In this document: positions 40,120 through 54,149 of the stretch, in pieces
Layout: every line of letters starts with the position of its first letter
How positions within the stretch are numbered: position 1 is the first letter of the stretch
Assembly (NCBI RefSeq): GCF_963921235.1
Contig: NC_086097.1
Coordinates: forward strand, 77,998,001-78,062,000
Source of the DNA: Mobula hypostoma
Taxonomy: Eukaryota
Direction of reading: 5' to 3'
Length of the DNA stretch: 64,000 nt
Position numbers and translations under genes: made by a program
The notes under the pieces: model-generated
Databases searched by the model: none
Seen by the model: the letters and a program-made list of their open reading frames with translations, nothing else
What the model was told of the DNA's origin: nothing

Positions 40120-42065
40120 CAAGAAAATAATTAGGAGGGCAAAGAGGAGAGTGAAATATCAATAGTAGACAAGATTAAAGAAAACCCCAAACAATTTTAC
40201 AAGTATTATAAGGAAGAGTTGGATTAATTAAGAATAGCACGGTCATCCATGTATGCTGCAAGAGGACGTAGGGGAGGACTTAACTGAATATACTGTAGTT
40301 TTCATCTTTACTCCATTCAAAGAAGAATATTGTACGTAGAGTGTTCAAGGAGGAGGAGAGGTGACATTCTAGAACATGTTATCTCTAAAAAGATGAAAGC
40401 ATCAGGCTTAATAAGAACATTAGAAATAGGAGCAAGAGTAGGCCATCTGACACATTGAGCCTGCTCCACCATTCAATAAGATCATGGCTGATCTGGCCGT
40501 GGATTCAACTCCATCTGCTTGCCTTTATCCCCAAACCTTTAATTCCCATAACATGCAAAAGATCTATCGAACTGTGTCTTAAAGATATTTAATGAGGTAA
40601 CCTCTACTGCTTCCCTGGGCAGAGAATTCAACAAGTTCTCTATTCTCTGGGAAAAGCAGTTCTTCCCCATGTTCATCCTAAATCTTCTCTTGCAAATCTT
40701 GAAGCTATGATTCCAAGTTTTACTCAGAGCTTTCAATGGAAACAACTTTCCTGCCTCTAACTTATCTATCTCTTTCATAATTTTATATGTTTCCTTCTTA
40801 TTCTTCTGAATTTCAACAAGAATAGTCCCAGATGACTCAATCTCTCCTCATTGGCTAAACCCATCACCTCCACAGGCAGTATATATTTTCTTAAGTCAGG
40901 AGACCAGAACTGTGCATCTGCACCAGTACCCTGTACTGTGAGCGTAACCTCCCTGCTCTTTAATCCAATCCCTCTAACAGTGTAGCTCAACATTCCATTT
41001 ACGTTCTTGAAAACCTGTAGCACCTACAAACCTTCTGCAATTCATACCCTCCCAAGTCCCTCTTCACAGCAGCATGCTGTAATCTGTCAGTCTTTAAATA
41101 ATAAAGTAATCTTTAATATTTAACGATGGATAAGTCTCCAAAGCCTGACTAACTATATCCATGGTTGCTACAGGAGGTAAAGTAGGAGACTGCTGGAGCT
41201 CTGAAAAATAAATTCAAATTTTAGAAGGCCACAGGCCTGGAGAGGAGCAAATGAGGTGCACATATTAAAGGAGGCAGCAGGAGTAAAATAGGCAATTACA
41301 GGCCTGTGATAACATAGCGGTAGCAAAGATATTGGAAGAATATCTGAAGGACAGGATTAATCTTTTCCTGGAAACCAGAGATTAATCAAAGGAAGTTAGT
41401 ATAGTTTTATGAGTGGTAGATCCCATCTGTTCAACTTGACTGGATTTTTTGAAGAGGTAATAAAATGTATTGATGAGGGCAGTGTCGTTGACATAGTCTA
41501 CATGAACTTCAGTTAGGCCTTTAGTAAGGAGAAATTGATCAGAAGGGTTGAAGCCCATGGAAACCAGGGCAAATTGGACCTAAACTTGTCTTGGTGATGG
41601 AGGCTGCAGGTGATGATAGAAAGCTAGAACACTTGTTACTATATTATTGATTTAGATATGAACACAGGAGGTATGTTTCGTTAATTTGTAGGTGATATAA
41701 AAATTTGTAAAGTTGATAGTGAGGAGGATAGTGATAGGCTGCAGAATGACAGAGGATAGAGCTAGAGGGTAGAGTGGATAGAGGGGAACAGGTAGATGTT
41801 GTATACTTGGATATCCAGAAGGTGTTTGATAAGGTGCTGCACAAGGTACGGAAGCATGGAGTTGGAGGAAGTGTATTGGCATGGATAGTGGATTGGTTAA
41901 CTAATAGAAGGCAGAAAGTTGGTACAAATGGGTGTTTCTCTGGTTGGCAGTCAGTGGTGAGTGGGGTGCTGCAGGGGTAGGTGCTGGGCCCGCGGCTGTT
42001 TACCATTTACATTGATGTTTTGGAAGCGGGGACTGAGTGTAGCATAACCAAATTTGCTCAGACTT
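40120..42065. mobile_element. Cluster of decayed CR1 fragments on both strands
   Basis: Plus-strand pieces at ~40120-40400 and ~41120-42065 (VYLDIQKVFDKV). Minus-strand 3' end at ~40415-41110. Confidence 0.85.
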
Positions 42066-42661
42066 GCTGTTGAGAGAACAGGAACAAGGAAAATGGAACA
42101 CAGAGCCGGGACCCCTCCTTGGGAACAGGACTTGGGGCCAGGGCTCTACACAGAGTCAGGACCCCTCCGAGGGAGCAGGACGTAGGGCCGGAACTCATAC
42201 ACAGAACACTGAGATACAGATCTCCACTCAAGCTAGCGGCAAACAGCCAGACCTACCCAGTGGAGGCGAGGGCACAAAGAGACGGATCCCAACACAAGGT
42301 AGTGGCAAACGGCTGGACTTACCTAGCAAAGGCGAGGACACAAAGAGACAGTTCCAAACAACGAAAGACAGTTCCTTATCTAGACACAGCAAGGCTCCGG
42401 TCTTGCCCTGGTGGGTGAACTTGATGATGTTACAGGCGAGGGCACAGGCTAAGGTAGCAGGCAATGCTTCAGACGAAGGTAGCAGGCGATGCTCCAGGCG
42501 AAGGTAGCAGGCAAGGGAAAAGTCCAGCAAATGAAGCTGAAACAAGGAGCTATTTGTGTAGCCAGCCCAAAATGAGAATCATGTGCCTCAATTAAGGTAC
42601 ACAACAGGACAAGGGAAAACCGGAAAACCTGGAATACGGATCGATGGACTGGACCGTGACA
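42065..42661 (-). mobile_element. Truncated LTR of the same family as 58920-61804
   Basis: Ends ggaccgtgaca (reverse complement tgtcacggtcc). Internal sequence matches the reverse complement of ~58920-59090 and ~61010-61230. Confidence 0.8.
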
Positions 42662-42664
42662 GTC

Positions 42665-45600
42665 CCTACCTTAGAAATTACTAGGCTTACCTACAGCCCT
42701 CTATTTTTCTAAGCTGCATGTACTTATTTAAAAGTCTCTTAAAAGACCCTATCGTATTCACCTCCACCACCGTTGCCGGCAGCCTACTCACCACTCTCTG
42801 AGTAAAAAACTTACCCCTGACATCTCCTCTGTACCTTCTCCCCAGCACCTTAAACCTGTGTCCTCTTGTGGCAACCATTTCAGCCTGGGAAAAAGCCTCT
42901 GACTATCCACACGATCAATGCCTCTCATAATCTTATACCCCTCTATCAGGTCACCTTTTATCCTCCATCGCTCCAAGGAGAAAAGGCCGAGTTCACTCAA
43001 CCTATTCTCATAAGGTATGCTCCCCAATCCAGGCAACATCCTTGTAAATCTCCTCTACACCCTATCTATGGCTTCCACATCCTTCCTGTAGTGAGGCAAC
43101 CAGAACTGAGCATAGTACTCCAAGTGGGGTCTGACCAAGGTCCTATATAGCTACAACATTACCTCTCGGCTCCTAAATTCAATGCCATGATTGATGAGGG
43201 CCAAAACACCGTACACCTTCTTAACCACAGAGACAACCTGCGCAGTTGCTTTGAACGTCCTATAGACTCGGACCCTAAGATCACTCTGATCCTCCACAAT
43301 GCCAAGAGTCTTACCATTAATACTATATTCTGTCATCATATTTGACCTACCGAAATGAACCACTTCACACTTATCTGAGTTGAACTCCATCTGCCACTTC
43401 TCAGCCCAGTTTTGCATCGTATCACTGTCCCGCTGTAACCTCTGACAGCCCTCCACACTATCCATAACACCTCCAACCTTGTGTCATCAGCAAACCTACT
43501 AACCCATCCCTCCACTTCCTCATCCAGGTCATTTATAAAAATCATGAAGAGTAAAGGTCCCAGAATAGATCCCTGAGGCACTCCACTGGTGACCAACCTC
43601 CATGCAGAATATGAACCATCTACAACCACTCTTTGCCTTCTGTGAGCAAGCCATTTCTGGATCCACAAAGCAATGTCCCCTTGGATCCCATGCCTCCTTA
43701 CTTTCTCAATAACACTGGCATGGGGTACCTTATCAAATACCTTGCTGAAATTCATATACACTACATCTACTACTCTTCCTTCACCAATGTGTTTAGTCAC
43801 ATTCTCAAAAAGTTCAATAAGGCTCGTAAGGCATGCCTGCCCTTGACAAAGCCATGCTGACTATTCCTAATCATATTATACCTCTACAAATGTTCATAAA
43901 TCCCACCTCTCAGGATCTTCTCCATCAACTTACCAACCACTGAGGTAAGATTCAGTGGTCTATAATTTCCTGGGCTATCTCTACTCTCTTTCTTGAATAA
44001 AGGAACAACATCCGCAACCCTTCAATCCTCCGGAACCTCTCCTATCCCCATTGATGATGCAAAGATCATCACTAGAGGCTCAGCAATCTCCTCCCTCTCC
44101 TCCCACAGTAGCCTGGGGTACATCTCATCCGGTCCTGGCGACTTATCCAACTTGATGCTTTCCAAAAGCTCCAGCACATCCTCTTTCTTAATTTCTACAT
44201 GCTCAAGTTTTTCAGTCTGCTGCAAGTCATCACTACAATCACCAAGATCCTTTTCCATAGTGAATACTGAAGTAAAGTATTCATTAAGTACCTCTGTTAT
44301 TTCCTTTGGTTCCATACATACTTTCCCACTGTCACACTTGATAGGTCATATTCTTTCACGTCTTATCCTCTTGTTCTTCACATGTTTGTAGAATACCTTG
44401 GGGTTTTCCTTAATCCTGCCCACCAAGGCCTTCCCATGGTTCCTTCTGGCTCTCCTAATTTCCTTCTTAAGTTCCTTCCTATTAGCCTTATAATCTTCTA
44501 GATCTCTAACATTACCTAGCTCTCTGAACCTTTCGTAAGCTTTTCTTTCCTTCTTGACTAGATTTATTACAGCCTTTTTACACCACGGTTCCTGTACCCT
44601 ACCATAACTTCCCTGTCTCATTGGAACTTACCTATGCAGAACTCCACACAAATATCCCCTGAACATTTACCACATTTCTTCTGTACTTTTCCCTGAGAAC
44701 ATCTGTTTCCAATTTAAGCTTCCAATTTCCTGCCTGATAGCCTCATAATTCCCCTTACTCCAATTAAATGCTTTTCTAACTTGTCTGTTCCTATCTCTCT
44801 CCAATGCTATTGTAAAGGATTGAATTATGACCACTATCTCCAAAATGCTCTCCCACTGAGAGATCTGACACCTGACCAGGTTCATTTCCCAATACCAAAT
44901 CAAGTACAGACTCTCCTCTTGTAGGCTTATCTACATATTGTGTCAAGAAACCTTCTTGAACACACCTAACAAACTCCACCCCATCTAAACCTCTTGCTCT
45001 AGGGAAATGCCAATCGATATTTGGGAAATTAACATCTCCCATCACGACAACTCTGTTATTATTACACCTTTTCAGGATCTGTTTCCTTATCTGCTCCTCG
45101 ATATCCCTGTTACTATTGGGCGGCCTATAAAAAACACCCAGTATAGTTATTGACACCTTCCTGTTCCTAACCTCCACCCCCAGAGACTACATAGACAATC
45201 ACTCCATGGCGTCTACCTTTTTTGCAGCCGTGACACTGTCTCTGATCAACAGTGCCGCGCCCCCACCTCTTTTGCTTCCCTCCCTGTCTTTTCTGAAATA
45301 TCTAAAACCTGGCACTTGAAGTAACCATTCCTGTCCCTGAGCCATCCAAGTCTCTGTAATGGCCACCACATCATATCTCCAAGTACTGATCCACACTTTA
45401 AGCTCATCTGCTTTGTTCACAACACTCCTTATGTTAAAATAGACGCATCTCAAACCTTCGGTCTGAGTGCATCCCTTCTCTATCACCTGCTTATCCTCCC
45501 TCTCACACTGTCTACAAGCTTTCTCTATTTGTGAGCCAACCTCCTCTTCCCCAATCTCTTCAGTTCAGTTCCCACCCCACAACAATTCTAGTTTAAGCTC

Positions 45601-45985
45601 TCTCCGGTAGCCTTAGCAAACCTCCCCGCCAGGATATTGGTCCCCCTGGGATTCAAGTGCAACCCATCCTTTTTGTATAGGTCACACCTGCCCCAAAAGT
45701 GGTCCCAATGATCCAGAAATCCGAATCCCTGCCCCCTGGTTCAAACCCTCAGCCACGCATTTATCATCCACCTCTTTGTGGTCCTGCTTCTCAACTTCCT
45801 TCCTAACTCCCTGTACTCTTTTTTTCGGATCCTCTTCCCTTTTCCTACCTATGTCATTGGTACCAATATGTACCACGACCTCTGACTGTTCTCCCTCCCA
45901 CTGCAGGATATCTTGGACGCGATCTGAAACATCCTGGACCCTGGCACCAGGGAGGCAAACTACCATCCGAGTTTCTTTCCTGCAG
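42665..45985 (-). mobile_element. CR1 LINE, near-complete ORF2 plus end of ORF1
   Basis: Esterase VHIGTNDIG, endonuclease, and [15 protein letters not shown] / FADDT. Frameshifted. Confidence 0.95.
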
Positions 45986-46044
45986 AAGGGAGTGTATTTA
46001 ATTCTATTTGCCTTCTGTCACAACTTGCTTCAAACTCATTTCAC

Positions 46045-46359
46045 TTCCACAACATATTTTGCAGTCTTCTTGAAAATATTTAGCACTTTTTTCCTTACGT
46101 CTGAGGGGCGGCCAATTATTCATCCCATTAGCTTTCCTCTGTCTCCAAGCCACACATACCAGCACACAATCTCTTGACTCACTCTCACTAAGAATTGCAT
46201 GCTTAATCACATTTGCTGGCTATTCCACCCACTGTTCTCATCAAAAGTCTACTAATAAATGTCAGGAAAATTAAAAAAAAAACATTCTTTCCTAGAAATA
46301 AAGCTGGTGCACACAGAGAAACTCCATAGGATCCATCTGTTCTTGCTTATGCTGCCCTT
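46045..46359 (-). pseudogene. Copy A exon remnant
   Basis: ttttctttcag acceptor. MEFLCVHQLYF*ERMFFFNFP...CVLVCVAWRQRKANGMNNWPP matches copy B LFQLEEAKWLHFP and ITLDWNFLHLLNGNGWP. The 3' edge is uncertain (46099 or ~46045). Confidence 0.6.
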
Positions 46360-46941
46360 CTGAAAGAAAATGAGGACTCAATGACCTTGTGTCCTTTTTT
46401 TTGGCTTCTGTTACCTTGTAAACCTGTGTCCTGTAGCTTATCCCATAGAATCATCTGCTGCACCCATCCTGGGCTACCTTGAATACCACCGTCAATAAAA
46501 GGAAAACATTGCCCAGTTCCTATTCAATCCACACTGTCTATAATAACATCATGGAATTGTGGAACTACTTTCTTCTTTCAAATCAACAATCACCAGAGTT
46601 AATTCATTAAACATAAAAAATATATCGTTAGAGGATGAGCGCTGTTGGCAAGGTTGGTATTCTTATCCATTATCAAAGTGCTCATCAATTAAACTCAACC
46701 ATATTGATGCAATACTAAATATAGGTCAAAGTACCTTTAATTGTGTAGTGTTTTTACTGATGTTTCACGATGCCTTAAAAAGTAGCGGCATTTTACTTCA
46801 CATATTTTTTTTTTAATCTGCTATCCAGGGTAGGATTTGAGCCATTGGGGTATGAATCACTTTTACAGGCTTATTGATGACTTGGCTGGTGATATATTTT
46901 GAGATCTTCAATACATTTTTCAATAAGTAGTTTTAACCATG

Positions 46942-47652
46942 TGCAGCCCCCTGGTCAGCCTCAAGCTCCCTCAGCTCACTTTCATCTAGGGGAGCAGCCT
47001 TCGGCCCTACCAAACTGGGTAATCAGTTTGTGTAGATGCTGTGTGATGTACCCCACCATGCCAAATAACAGACAATACACCATATGCGATTAAATGATTA
47101 CACTTTAAAATTTTTTCTGGAACTATGTAATTAATAGAGATACAATATAAAAGGGAAAGTAAAAGGCGCCAAACTTATCAAAGTTCAACCATTTCATACA
47201 CAACCATTGGAGCTCAATTAACAGAGTCTTCTTTCCACCATTCAATCTCCTCCGACCTCCTCGACCCGCCGCCACGGTGGTCGAGCAGACGCTCCACACG
47301 AGTCTGTCCTCGTCTCCTCTCCTCGCCGAAGACCCTGGGCCTCGGACTCCCACTGGGGGTCAGTTCCATCACCCAGCTTACAGCATCGCTCTCCTCTCTC
47401 TGTCCCCATCGCGCTTTCTGCCCCAAAGCCTGCGAAAACAATAGCTTACAGACACACAAGAAAGAACAACATCTATCCCAATTGGTTAGCAAATGAATAC
47501 AACTCTCTTTATCAGTAATTATAACCCAAACAACCTACTAGAGAGAAGCACTTTCTCAGCAGTTAACGTGACAAAGGAGCCATTTTATTCTAACATAACA
47601 AAGAAGCCATTTTTATTAGCCTTAGCAGTAACATAAAAGAAGAAACCCCACA
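46942..47652 (-). mobile_element. Solo LTR (711 bp)
   Basis: TG...CA termini and 4-bp TSD catg at 46938-46941 and 47653-47656. A related copy lies at ~63270-63840. Strand is inferred. Confidence 0.75.
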
Positions 47653-47914
47653 CATGAGTTATCCTTTGAGGATTCTTTAGTTAATCCTGTAGCCTTCATC
47701 CTAACCTATAAATAAGGAGCCAAAATACTATGCCAATCTTTATTCTCTACAAGACTGTCTTTATCCCTTAATAGTCCAAATGGAACAATTACAAATTGCA
47801 GTCAAAGCTCTAAATAACCTTTAATAAGGTACTGATATGCAACAGCATAGATAATAAAATAATAAAAAAGGGTCTGACTAACAAGAATTTACTCAGTTTT
47901 ATAAACACATTAGA

Positions 47915-48520
47915 TTCTGCAAATGCTATAAATCTTGAGCAATACACACAAAATGCTGGAGGAACTCAGCAAGTTAGGCAGCATTCTTGGAGGTGAATAA
48001 ACAGTCAATGTTTTGGGCCAAGACCCAATGTACATAAGCAATTTTTTGTATTTATATTTATTGTCTTCTTCTTCTTATTATTATTATTATGTTCTTTAAC
48101 TTATCGTGTTTTCATTTTTTTGGTGCTGTATTGTATCAGGAATAACAATTATTTTGCTCTCCTTTACATTCGGTGTACTGGAAATGACATTAAATAATCC
48201 TGAATTAGGATTGGAAAGGAAGGGGTCAGGCACCAGAATAATAAGGTGGGGGGGGGGTGTGGGAAGAAGGAATAGAAGCTGGTAGGTGATAGGTGAAAAA
48301 TAGTGGGGAAGATGGGTTGCTGGGGGAGGGGTGATGATACAAGAAGCTGGGAGATGATAAGTGGAAGATGTAAAGGGCTGAAGAAGAATGAGTCTGTTGG
48401 GAGAGGATAGTTGGTCATGGAAGAAAGGGAAGGAGGAGAGTGGTGGAGGGGTGAGGAGAAGAGATGGAGTGACAGGGGAACCAGAATAGGGAATGGAAAA
48501 AGAGAGAAGGGGTAGAGTAT
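47915..48520 (-). repeat. Penelope terminal-repeat fragment interrupted by a LINE 3' UTR piece
   Basis: acacaaaatgctggaggaactcagc... followed by a purine-rich tract, similar to 19190-19560. Confidence 0.7.
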
Positions 48521-48707
48521 TTTCATATATATAATTCCTTTTGCATATTTAAATATCTCAAGAGGCTTAGCAATGAACAACACAATGAACTAGGGTTGGC
48601 AAAGACTTGCTAAGAGTTGAGCGGAGTATGGATCATTGCTAAAAGTGGGAATGAAAAGGTAAGTTTTATTAATGCTGAACATGGAGTCTAAAGACAAAAA
48701 TGATTAT

Positions 48708-49168
48708 ATATGTGGAAGTGATTGATAATTTTGTGGCCTAAGGTAGAAGGAGATGAGACTTACAGCTCTTGTTACATGCACATGCAGTTCAACTCTTTGA
48801 GTGATTATGCAGAAAATTTGGTTAATAACTTATCTCCTTCTACTGTAGGCCACGAATTTATCAATCACCCCTGATGAGTTATTAACTGATGGGTTATTAA
48901 CTTCAAACTTTCTGCATAATCACTCAGAGTTAAGCTGCATGTGCATGTGACAAGAGCTGTATAACTCATCTCCTTCTACCTCAGGCCACGAACTTATCAA
49001 TCACCCCCGCTGTGGACACTTTCTGGAGGTCCAAAGTCTGTATGTTCCACAATCACTGGACTAAGTATGTAAATGTAGGAGGGGACTAAGTTGAAAAATA
49101 AATGTGCTAGGTTTTCTAAAATTGACTCCTTCTACCTTAGACCTCGGGCTTATCAATCACCCCTCGTA
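48708..49168. mobile_element. Tc1/mariner-type MITE
   Basis: Right end tcaatcacccctcg followed by ta, a degenerate left TIR, and internal inverted repeats. A second partial copy at 53640-53965 starts ta-cgaggggtg. Confidence 0.75.
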
Positions 49169-49505
49169 TACACACACAATTAAGGCAAACAAGAAAGATA
49201 CCAGAGAGGGGAAGGAAGATCATTAGAGAGTAACAGCATGGAAAGAGACCTGTACTTCAGCGTAAAGAATGAGGCTTTCATTACTAAAGAGAATAAGAAA
49301 CAGTAGAAGTACTTAATTATTACTTTGGATGAAAAGAATTGGTTGCAAGAATGCTAAGTGAAAAATTATAGAGCTACAATTAATATTAGATACATGACTG
49401 TATTAAGCAGGTGAATAGAAGCATAAATCATCCGAGAGTTTCCTGAAGATATGCATTTTGAATAGTGTATCAATTCTAGTGGTACCATTTTACATTCAAA
49501 CTCAC

Positions 49506-49684
49506 TGGAAGTTATAAAGTTAATTTTTAAGCCATTCATAATTTCCAGTAAATCAGCTGTGCTCCACCAATAGCTTTGCCAAACCAGTGCAAGGATAATC
49601 ATCATAGTTCATCTCTGAAGTTAAATCAGTGGCAGTTGCAAATTTCCTAGATGTTTGTCAGTTTTTTTGCTTTAGCCAATTGGA
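49506..49684 (-). pseudogene. Copy A exon remnant
   Basis: aattttcag|TCC...CCA|gtgagt. SRKFATATDLTSEMNYDDYPCTGLAKLLVEHS resembles the family 'FDVIDTSNLxDHxGLLNLLV' motif (from memory). Confidence 0.6.
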
Positions 49685-50803
49685 CTGAAAATTATTGGTG
49701 TAGGTAACCGTGTTTAAATTCAAGTATACAAAATATTAGGTAGTGCAACTCAGGGCGTTTGGATTTTCGATTTCAATTCTGGCTCTGTTTGTGAGGAGTT
49801 TGTATGTTCTCTTCATGACTATATGGGTTTCCTCCAAATGCTCTGGTTTCCTCCCACAGTCCAAAGACATATCAGTTAGTAGGTTAATTGGTCATTATAA
49901 ATTGTTCTGTGATTGGGCTAGTGTTTAATAGGTGGATTGCTGAACAGTGCAGCTTACTGAACTGCAAAGGCCTATTTTGCACTGTATCACTGAATAAATA
50001 TTTAACAAATAACAAATAAATATAAATACTTAACAAAGAAATAAAAATTAATAATAAATTAATATAAGATACAATTTCTGCTGCTAATTGGTCATGTAAA
50101 TTTACTATATATCCTCAAAAGAAAATTGGATGTCCCTAAACTGCAGATATTATCAGGGCTATGAAAAATTCAAATGGACTTTTTAGGGACCTGGCAAAGG
50201 CATAATGGGCCAGATTTTCTCCATCTACCCTGTAAATTATCATGCATATATTTAATTATGAGGACACGCAGTCTTCTTTTATTGTCATTTAGTAATACAT
50301 GCGTTAAGAAATGATATAAAAATAGATTAGATCAGAAATGGCTCAGCTTTATGCAAATCATTCGATCTATGAGGCTATTTCTAGCTTTTTAAATTTAATA
50401 CATGCTTATCATGTGAGGTCTACGGTTTCTACTTGCTGAAATGGAAGCAAGTAAAATGAGGCTTTTCAGCTGAGGGTGAACCATTTGAGAATATGTACAT
50501 CTACACCTTGCATTCATAAATTGTCGATTTTCTTTACCCAATAAGCTATAATTCTGTAATTTAGAGTTAGAGTTCAACACATCTCTCCACCTGTGTAAAT
50601 GCTAAACAGTAACTGTACCTCCCCACATGTTTGTTCCCTCCTGAAAGAGCCACAATTAAAGGTTCACATGGGCTGTGTCCTCCCCTCCTGAACTCTGCTG
50701 TCACTGTGCTCACAAGCAGTGTTTTCTTGCTCCTGGCTCTGATGTGGGTAAACCAGGTGTCCATCAGGAAACAAGAGAAACTGCCAACAGGCCTTTTACT
50801 TAC

Positions 50804-50989
50804 AATGAATTCTTTTACTGCAGTCTCAGTGATTTCACAAACATATCTTATCTGGTTTCTGTACTATTCCAAATAATATTTGCAGAGTACTTAATTGAAA
50901 TGCAGTTCCAGCCGAAAAAGAAGGCTGGAAGAGAAGTGATAAGCTTGTACTGAATCCTGTTAATAAGGCTACTGTTTATATCTTTCTAT
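50804..50989 (-). pseudogene. Copy A exon remnant
   Basis: ttattttcag|ATA...TTCATT|gtaagt. 186 nt, phase 0-0. IERYKQ*PY*QDSVQAYHFSSSLLFRLELHFN*VLCKYYLE*YRNQIRYVCEITETAVKEFI. An alternative acceptor would start the exon at 50956. Confidence 0.65.
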
Positions 50990-52265
50990 CTGAAAATAAT
51001 TTTGAAGGCTTTTGATTAGGATTGTATGAGGTGATTGAAGGAGGAATGTACTGTAGGTATATACAGGAAAGGATAGCCTTATCTTAACAAGTCAAAAAGG
51101 GGTGGCAAAAGCTGTAGCCTTGTAGCATCAGTGATCTGGGTTCCTGACCTCCTTGGTGACCTGTGTGCAGCTTGCACGTTCTTCCTGTGACTGAGTGGGA
51201 TTCTCCCTGGCCCCAAAGACAGGTGAGTTGGCAGGTTAACCAGTCGCTGTAAACTGCCCTGAGTGGACGAGTGACTGGTAGAACCTAGAGGAAGTTGATG
51301 GGAAGGTGAGCTGAATAAAGTGGGATCAGTCCAGGGTCAATCTAAATGGGTGCCTAGAGATTGATGTAAACCTAGTGAAACAAAGGGTCTGACTCCTTGA
51401 TGTTTCACTCTGTGACTTTAAAATTACAAGTTTTCAAGATCACTATGATCCTTTACCATGTTGGCTGTTGCAATGTCTTCTATGACCGTGGGAGGAAACT
51501 GGGGCATGCAGGGAAAATCCACGCACTCCACGTGGAGCATGTACAAAAACACCTTACAGAGTTGAAAACTCCAGAACATTCTGAGTTGTAATAGCGTCAT
51601 GCTAATGTTAATCCACCCAGGGAAGAACAATTGCAAAAGTCTGAGATAGTACATTTACCTAAAAATGCGAAGATGTTAGTTAATTGCATCAAGATTAAAC
51701 AAAATAATAAAACGCTAACACTTTTTCAAATGAGATGGGCCACGTAAAGTTAGGGAGCCAGGTACAAGTTACTTTGGCTGAGGACAACTGTGCCCTACTT
51801 ACATTAGATGTTCAACTCACCTCGCAATGAGCAGGCTTGTCTGCCTGTTAAATATCTAAAAATTAATTACATAAAGATCAGTTGTTCATTCCAGCACACA
51901 TTCTCCAAAAATTGACATCTACCTGAGATGTATTCTGGTGACAATGTTTGTGAAATTGTTTTGTTGTGGTTGGAGATTGTTCAAGGTTTGCAACATTTTA
52001 AATGAAGAAATCTTTCTTAGAAAGAAAGCTATGTTGAGTGACTGGGGATGGGGTAACTATATTTAATAGTCCCTGAACTTAGTTGCAGTGACTATGAGGC
52101 ACAATTAACCAAAACCCATTCAGTGTAATATAGGCAACAAGCCAACTGTGAGTTACTTGCTAATTCCAACGAATGCAGCTTCTAGCCAACTGTAATAATA
52201 TCTTCATTGACAGAATACATCTGTCAGGAACCAACATCTTGAGCAGACAAAGCTAGCCTACATAC

Positions 52266-52610
52266 CTGTTAGGGAGGTGCATGGTGGAAGCAGGAGCTGT
52301 GGATAAGCTTCCGATACCTGAGGTTAATCAGGAATTTTTTGAAATGAGAATGTACTCTCTGATTTTCCATAGGGTGTATAGGATTTCTTGAAAGAAGAAA
52401 TGAAAAGAAAGAGAAATGTCCCATAACTTCAAATAGCTTAAGAATACTCCAGATCGATCCTGAGCAGGAAGTGGGATCCACCAGGAGTTGAAGGGTCGAA
52501 CCAGGAGTTGAAGGCCACAATGTAAAAAGATCATAGGGCTCATTTGAGTAGGCTGGTAAATGTGTCTTCAAAATCTCACACCAATTCTTTAACATCAGAA
52601 ACTGCTCAGT
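52266..52610 (-). pseudogene. Copy A exon remnant
   Basis: 108-aa ORF in the track (LKNWCEILKTHL...LFEVMGHFSF...RKLIHSSCFHH) followed by TAA CAG|gtatgt, phase 0. The 5' edge abuts a CR1 fragment. Confidence 0.6.
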
Positions 52611-53115
52611 TTACCTACAGAAAAGGCATCAATAAACTTGAAAGAGTGCAGAGAAAATTTATACGGGTGCTCTGAACCTTGAAGACCTGAGTTAAAGGGA
52701 AAGATTGAATAGGTTAGGACTTTATTCATTGGTGTGCAGGAGAATGAAGGGAGATCTTATAGAGGTATACAAAATTATAAAGACTATAGATAAGGTGAAT
52801 GCTTGCAGGTTTTTTCACTTCAGGCTGGATAAAACTAGAACTAGAGGTTTAGGCTGAAATGAAAAATATTAAGAGGAATCTGAAGGGAATCTTCTTCACT
52901 CAGAGGGTCATGCAAGTGTGGAACAAGCTGCTGGCACAGTGGTAGGTATGAGTTCAATTGTAGCATTTAAGAGAAGTTTGGGTAGGTTCATGAATGAAAG
53001 GGTTATTATGAAGGGCTATGATCCGGGTGCAAAGTGTAGATGGACGAGATAGAAGAGCAGGCTGGGTGCAGACTATCGGTGCTGAAGGGCTCTGTCTGTG
53101 CTGTAGGGCTCTATG
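52610..53115 (+). mobile_element. CR1 3' fragment
   Basis: KLERVQRKF, GDLIEVYKII, FFTQRV. Confidence 0.85.
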
Positions 53116-53639
53116 ACTCCACCAGCCATTCCCACCCAACCAGCCGTGACCCACCAAACATCTCCACCAATCACAATGTACAGTTTTAGTGTAAATGGGC
53201 AAAGCGTTGTCAAGGATGGTACTTATTGTTCACAAGCTCCACACTTCACATGCTTAGCAACGCTGTCAATCCACAGCTACATGTGCTGCCAAAACTTGCT
53301 GGCTACAATACCCTGATATCCTTTCAATCCTTAGATGACTAAGAACTGCATAATTCAGATGGTATGGCAAAGGAAGAAAAGGAATGATGAGTAAGACTCA
53401 CCCTCACGCTGGAGGTGGCATCATATCTTCAGTAGTACCAAAAAAATGCCTGATACTAAGTGCAGTTGATCTTCAATTCTAGAAATAGCAAATGTTCTAC
53501 ATTACAGGGCATAATGGTTCGTTGCAGATCTCTGCAAACTTTTTTCTTGGTTATGTGACTCAGCCATTCAGTAGTAACTATATTTCTACTTTCCAGATGG
53601 TGTTTTGTCAGTTAGGAGACCATTGTAGCTACAGTTTGC

Positions 53640-53965
53640 TATACGAGGGGTGCTTGTTAAATTCGTGGCCTAAAGTAGAAGGAGTCAATTTTAGAAAACC
53701 TAGCACATTTATTTTTCAAAATAGTCCCCTCCTACATTTATACACTTATTCCAGCGGTCGTGGAGCATACGGATCCTTTCTTTGTAGAAGTCGGCGTTTT
53801 GGACCTCCAGAAAGTGGTCCACAGCAGAGGTGATAGATAAGTTCGTGGCCTAAGGTAGAAGGAGATGAGTGATACAGCTCTCGTTACATGCACGTACAGT
53901 TCAACTCTTTGAGTGATTATGCAGAAAGTTTGAAGTTAATAACTCATCTCCTTCTATCTTAGGTA
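53640..53965. mobile_element. Mariner-type MITE fragment
   Basis: Reverse-complement match to ~48900-49168. Confidence 0.7.
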
Positions 53966-54149
53966 TATATCTTTAAATTTTTATTATTCTTTAATAACTC
54001 ATTTTATCTTTTTTATTTAGTTTGCCAATAAATGTTCATTATTATACAGCACGCCCTCATCTGTAAAAGGGATGGAATAAATACTTTGGAATGAGATCAG
54101 AAATGAGTGAAGTAAATGGAAGAAATAATCAAAATTAATCAAATGTGCA

